DNA of 64,000 nucleotides from the human T2T-CHM13v2.0 reference genome, Homo sapiens. Positions within the stretch are counted from its first letter, which is position 1. Each line of letters opens with the position of its first letter. The stretch is from NCBI RefSeq assembly GCF_009914755.1, contig NC_060947.1. One strand, written 5' to 3'. A model generated the notes under the pieces. It searched no databases, was not told the DNA's origin, and saw only the letters and a program-made list of their open reading frames with translations. The position numbers and the translations under genes are program-made. Positions 59,041-64,000 of the stretch are shown here, in pieces.

Positions 59041-59400
59041 TGTTAGGAGCTGAATTAGGTCCCCCTCCAAAATTCATATGTTGCATCCTTAACTCTCAGT
59101 ACCTCAGAATGTGATTGTATTTGGAGAAAGGCCCACTAAAGAATTGAATAAAGTAACATGAGGCTGTTGGTGTGCGCTCCAGTTCAATCTGTGTGATAGC
59201 CTTATCAGAAGAGGAAATTTACACATACAAAGAGACAACAGGGTCATGCTGACACACAGGAAAGACCATGTGAAGACAAAAAGGGTATCTGCTAGCCAAG
59301 AAGAGAGACCTTAGAAGAAACTAAACTGTAGTCTTGAAATTCCAGGCTCCAGAACTGTGGGAAAATAATTTCTATTTTTAAGCTACCCACTCTGTGAACA
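59041..59400 (+). mobile_element. MaLR LTR (MLT1A/B-like)
   Basis: tgttaggagctgaattaggtccccctccaaaattcatatgttg...cctcagaatgtgattgtatttggaga...ctccagaactgtgggaaaata. Confidence 0.8.
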
Positions 59401-61159
59401 AAACAAAACAGTACATCACTTTCTAGGAACAACTAAGTTTAAAATTACCTAGAGCATCAGTTGGCTCAGTTAAATACTGACAGTGCCCATGTACTGCACT
59501 GAATTACAGTTTTCAAAATTTGCAGAGATGGAGAGTTAAATCTTTTTATCTTTTTATTTTTTAAGTAGCTGAGTTTCTACTATTGATTAGTTTTCAAATT
59601 TTTCTAACTTTACTTTAAACACTGAATATTATGACCATAAGTGAAAATTTTATGTCCTTTGCATATTGTTGTTGCTTAAGCAATAAGCAAAAATGAATCT
59701 ATAGATTGTTAACTCATAATTAATTTAGGAATTTACAGATATGCTAAAAATTAATGGAAGTCTAACCACATTGTGATTGGGGTGACAACTGCTAACAATT
59801 TATTACTGACATATGGGAAAAGCTGCAGTATGGTTTTCATCCTATATTTGCTCTGGATTTTTTTTCTTCATTGCCCTGCTTTTGCATTGCCTTTTCTGTA
59901 ACAGTAGTTGTCTAATTCTACACCCAATAGAATTCCATGGAATATTGTTATCCTATAGCTATCAGAATCAGCGTGTTGATTATGGAATTCTTAATCCAAA
60001 TAATCCACATATTCTGTCCCCATTCCACAAAACTCAGCAGCTGTATTTTATTTTCTATTCTATTTCCATGTCCATTTGAATTGCTGTTGTTCAAATTCAT
60101 GCCATACATAATTCCACTATGTAACATTAAGTCCCCAAATTCTAACAAATGCCTTTTCAGTGTCTCTTTCTTGCACACTACTCTACAGTTTGCACATACT
60201 TCTATAGCTTTGAAAAAAAAATATTCTCTCCTATAGTGATATGCTCTATCTTTCAAATGTTCTTTCATTTATGGTAATATGTTTTCTCTTTATGTAAAAA
60301 AACTAAAGTAAGAATGTGAAACAAGGGAAGTTCGGTGGATGCTTTTCAGTTTTAACACATAGCGTTCAGGTCTAGCTCATAGTAATTGAAGACGTGAGCC
60401 CCTAGTCGTACTAGCAATTCTCTCGTAATTCTCTAAATGTGTTCCTGTGGTCTTCGCTGTTCTCTGAATTTAGTCTGGTGCTTTCCACCTCTATTTTTAT
60501 GAACATTTTATGTTTTCTGTGATCATGATTTGTAGCCACTCTGTGAATCTATCGTTAAAGGAGGATGGGTATTTCAGAAGCTGATGTGGGGAGTCAGGGA
60601 GCAGAGTGCTGCCTTCTTTTAAATAACTCAATACAATTGAACTGAGTAAAAGGAAACACAGTGTTTAGCCACAGAAATAGTCATTATCTTACAAAGGATT
60701 CCCCTTAGAATCTCTTTTGAAATGTTCTTTTGTGTATATATGCATAATGTATGTGTGTGCTCCCTTAGAAAATGTATGATATCCAATTTTCCAACACAAT
60801 TTTTTTTCTTTTAACTTTTATTTTAGCTTCAGGGGTACATGTGCAGGTTTGTTATATAGGTAAACTTGTGTCACAGGGGTTTGGTGTACAGATTATATCA
60901 TAACCCAGGTAGTAAGCATAGTACCAATAGGTATTTTTTCTGATCCTCTCCCTCCTCCCATGCTCCACCCTCAAGTAGGCTCCAGGGTCTGTTGTTCCCC
61001 TCTTTGTTTCCATGTGTTCTCATTATTTAGCTCCCACTTATAAGTGAGAACATGTGGCATTTGGTTTCTGTTCCTGTATTAGTCACTAAGGATAATGACC
61101 TCCAGTGCTAACCATGTTGCTGCAAAGGACATGATCTCATTGTTTTTATGGCTGCATAG

Positions 61160-61426
<267 letters not shown>

Positions 61427-61907
61427 TGATTCCATGCCTTTTCTATTGAGAACAATGTTGCAATGAACATATGCATGCGTCTTTATGATAGAATGATTTT
61501 CCTCTGGGTATATACCCAATAATGGGATTGCTGGGTTGAATGGTAATTCTATTTTTAGTTCTTTGAGGAATCACCGCACTGCTTTCCACAATGGCTGAAC
61601 TAATTTACACTCTCACAGGAAGTGTATAAACTTTATTTTTCTCCGCAACCTCACCAGCATCTGTTATTTTTAAATTATAGCTATTCTGACTGGTGTGAGA
61701 TATTTCACTGTGGTTTTGATTTGTATTTCTTGAATTATTAGCGATACTGAGCTTTTTTCATTAGCTTGTTGGCTGCATGTATGCCATCTTTTGAGAAGTG
61801 TCTTTTCATGTCCTTTGCCCATTTTTTAATTTTTTTTTTGCTTGTAATTTTTTTAAAGCTCCTTATAAAATTTGGATATTAGACCTTCGTCAGAAACACA
61901 GTTTGTA

Positions 61908-62163
61908 GAGGCCAAGGCAGGCAGATCACTTGAGGTCAAGAGTTCGAGACCAGCCTGGCCAACATGGGGAAACCCCGTCTCCACTAAAAATACAAAATTA
62001 GCCAGGCATGGTGGCAGATGCCTGTAATCCCAGCTACTCACGAGGCCGAGGCAGGAGAATCACTTGAACCCAGGAGGCGGAGGTTGCAGTGAGCTGAGAT
62101 CAGGCCACTGTACTCCAGCTTGGGTGACAGAGTATAACTCCATCTCAAAAAATTAAAAAAAAA
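61908..62163 (+). mobile_element. 5'-truncated AluS
   Basis: Starts at gaggccaaggcaggcagatcac and has an A tail. TSD agtttgta at 61900-61907 and 62164-62171. Confidence 0.93.
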
Positions 62164-64000
62164 AGTTTGTAAATATTTTCTCCCATTCTGTAGGTCATCT
62201 GTTTACTCCTTTGACAGTTTCTTTTGCTATGTAGAAGCTTTAGTTTAATTACATCCCATTTGTCAAGATTTGCTTTGATTGCAATTGCTTTTGGCGTCTT
62301 CGTCATGAAATCCAGTTCCTGTGTCCAGAATGGTATTGCCTAGGTTGTCCTCCAGGGTTTTTATAGTTTGGGGTTTTACATTTAAGTCTTTAATCCATCT
62401 TGAGTTGATCTTTGTATATAGTGTAAAGGAGTTCAGTTTTAATTTTTTGCATATGGCTATCCAGTTATCCCAGCACCATTTATTGAGTAAGGAATTCTTT
62501 CCCCATTGTTTGTTTTGGTCAGCTTTGTTGCAGCTCAGATCCTTGTAGATGTGTGGCCTTATTTCTGGGCTCTCTATTCTGTTGAATAGTTCTATGTGTT
62601 TGTTTCTGTACCAGTACCATGTTGTTTTGTTTACTGTAGCCCTGTATAATTGTTTGAAGTCATGTAAGGTGATGCCTCCGGCTTTGTTCTTTTTGCTTAG
62701 GATTGCCATGGCTGTTTGGGCCCTTTTTTTGGTTCCATATGAATTTTAAAATCATTTTTTCTAGTTCTGTGAAGAACGTCATTTGCAGTTTTATAGGAAT
62801 AGCATTGAATCTGTAATTTGCTTTGGGCGGTATGGAGAGTTTAATGATATTGATTCTTCCTATGCGTGAGCATGGAATATTTTCCCTTTTGTTTATGTTA
62901 TCTCTGATTTGAGTAGTGTTTTGTAATTCTCACTGTACACATCTTTCACCTCCCCGATTAGCTGTATTCCTACGTATGTTATTCTTTTTTTTGGCAATTG
63001 TGAATGGGATTGTGTTTATGATTTGGCTCTCAGATTGGATATTGTTGGTGTACAGGAATCCTACTGATTTTTGTATGTTGATTTTGTATTCTGAAGCCTT
63101 GCCGAAGTTATTCTAATACAAATTTAATGGCCTCCTGTGTATAAATAATGGAAAAGTTTGGAACCTATTTGGAGAAAAGCGGTAAACTGTTTATTTTTTC
63201 TATAAATGAAATCAAGGGCTTTTCCACATGCAGCAGCAGACCATGATTATAATTCACAGAGTGAAATTACCACCTGAATCTTGGAGATTCTTACTGCATC
63301 AGCAAATAGCAGAATCTCTTTTGTTATTGTATGCACAGAGAGGCTCTCCTTCTAAGCACTCTTCTCTCAATGCCCCCCAAAAATGCAGAGCAACAAGACC
63401 TCCTGGGGTCCACAAACTCTGGTATCCTTACAAAAGTAAAGATAACAGAGAAGGTAATAATCTCTCTGGAAATAAGTAAAATTATTCCCTTGACATGGAA
63501 AGGATGTTACCAAAAAAAAAAAAAATCCTGTGGGAGAACAAATTGAAGCATTCTGTATAGTTTTATTTATATTTTATTTATTTGATATATGAACTCAGTC
63601 ATACCATGAGTGTTTACTGAAAGTATAAAGAAATAGATGAAAAACTGTGGTTCTGTATTTTTTTCCAGAAAGTCAATATATCTTTCAATTTACTAAAACT
63701 GGTAAGATCATCTCATGCTGTAATTTATACAACCCAAGGCCTCCATTATGTATAATTTTGCCCATGTTGCTTATAAAATTTAAAACCCCCTTTTTCTATT
63801 TTAATTTGTAACAGTTTATAAGAAAGGCACACCATCATTATGAGTTGAGACCAAAAATACCACTGTGTAATCATAATATTCATCATCATGAAACTACCAA
63901 CTATATTGTATTACAATAATACCTTAATGGTTAGTTTGGGGGGTTTTGTATAAATATCACAAGTATTTTATTACATGCCCAGATAATTGGGAAGGAGGCG

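Noticed and set aside
59948-60268. 106-aa minus ORF with CxxC...LKRH resembling a zinc finger
   Set aside because: Cys/His spacing does not fit C2H2 or BED patterns and the rest shows no homology I recognise. Likely chance.
63265-63450. Possible minus-strand exon (acceptor ...tacttttgtaag|, donor cag|gtggta)
   Set aside because: Weak donor and no other support.

Overview
AT-rich, repeat-dense primate (human-like) genomic DNA, intronic or intergenic. No recognisable protein-coding exon of a known gene, no tRNA/rRNA, and no CRISPR or prokaryotic features. The only ORFs I recognise are decayed LINE-1 ORF1/ORF2 pieces. The window is dominated by L1s of several ages, ten Alus, an ERVL provirus remnant (LTR16A-type LTR with a Leu PBS), MaLR LTRs, a MADE1 MITE and other DNA-transposon remnants. 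Five structures stand out. (1) A 128-bp inverted copy of neighbouring unique DNA sits inside an older L1 (12072-12199) and preserves the empty pre-insertion site of a younger L1 that later split the original. (2) That younger L1 (12993-16537) is 5'-inverted and carries a ~520-bp 3' transduction inside its TSDs. (3) A ~130-nt polyadenylated orphan retro-insert is nested in an old L1 (45452-45597). (4) Three plus-strand splice-signal-defined segments form a speculative L1-promoter-driven spliced transcript. (5) A second twin-primed L1 lies at 56420-57813. Subfamily names come from recalled consensus features, not a RepeatMasker run, and boundaries of ancient repeats are approximate.
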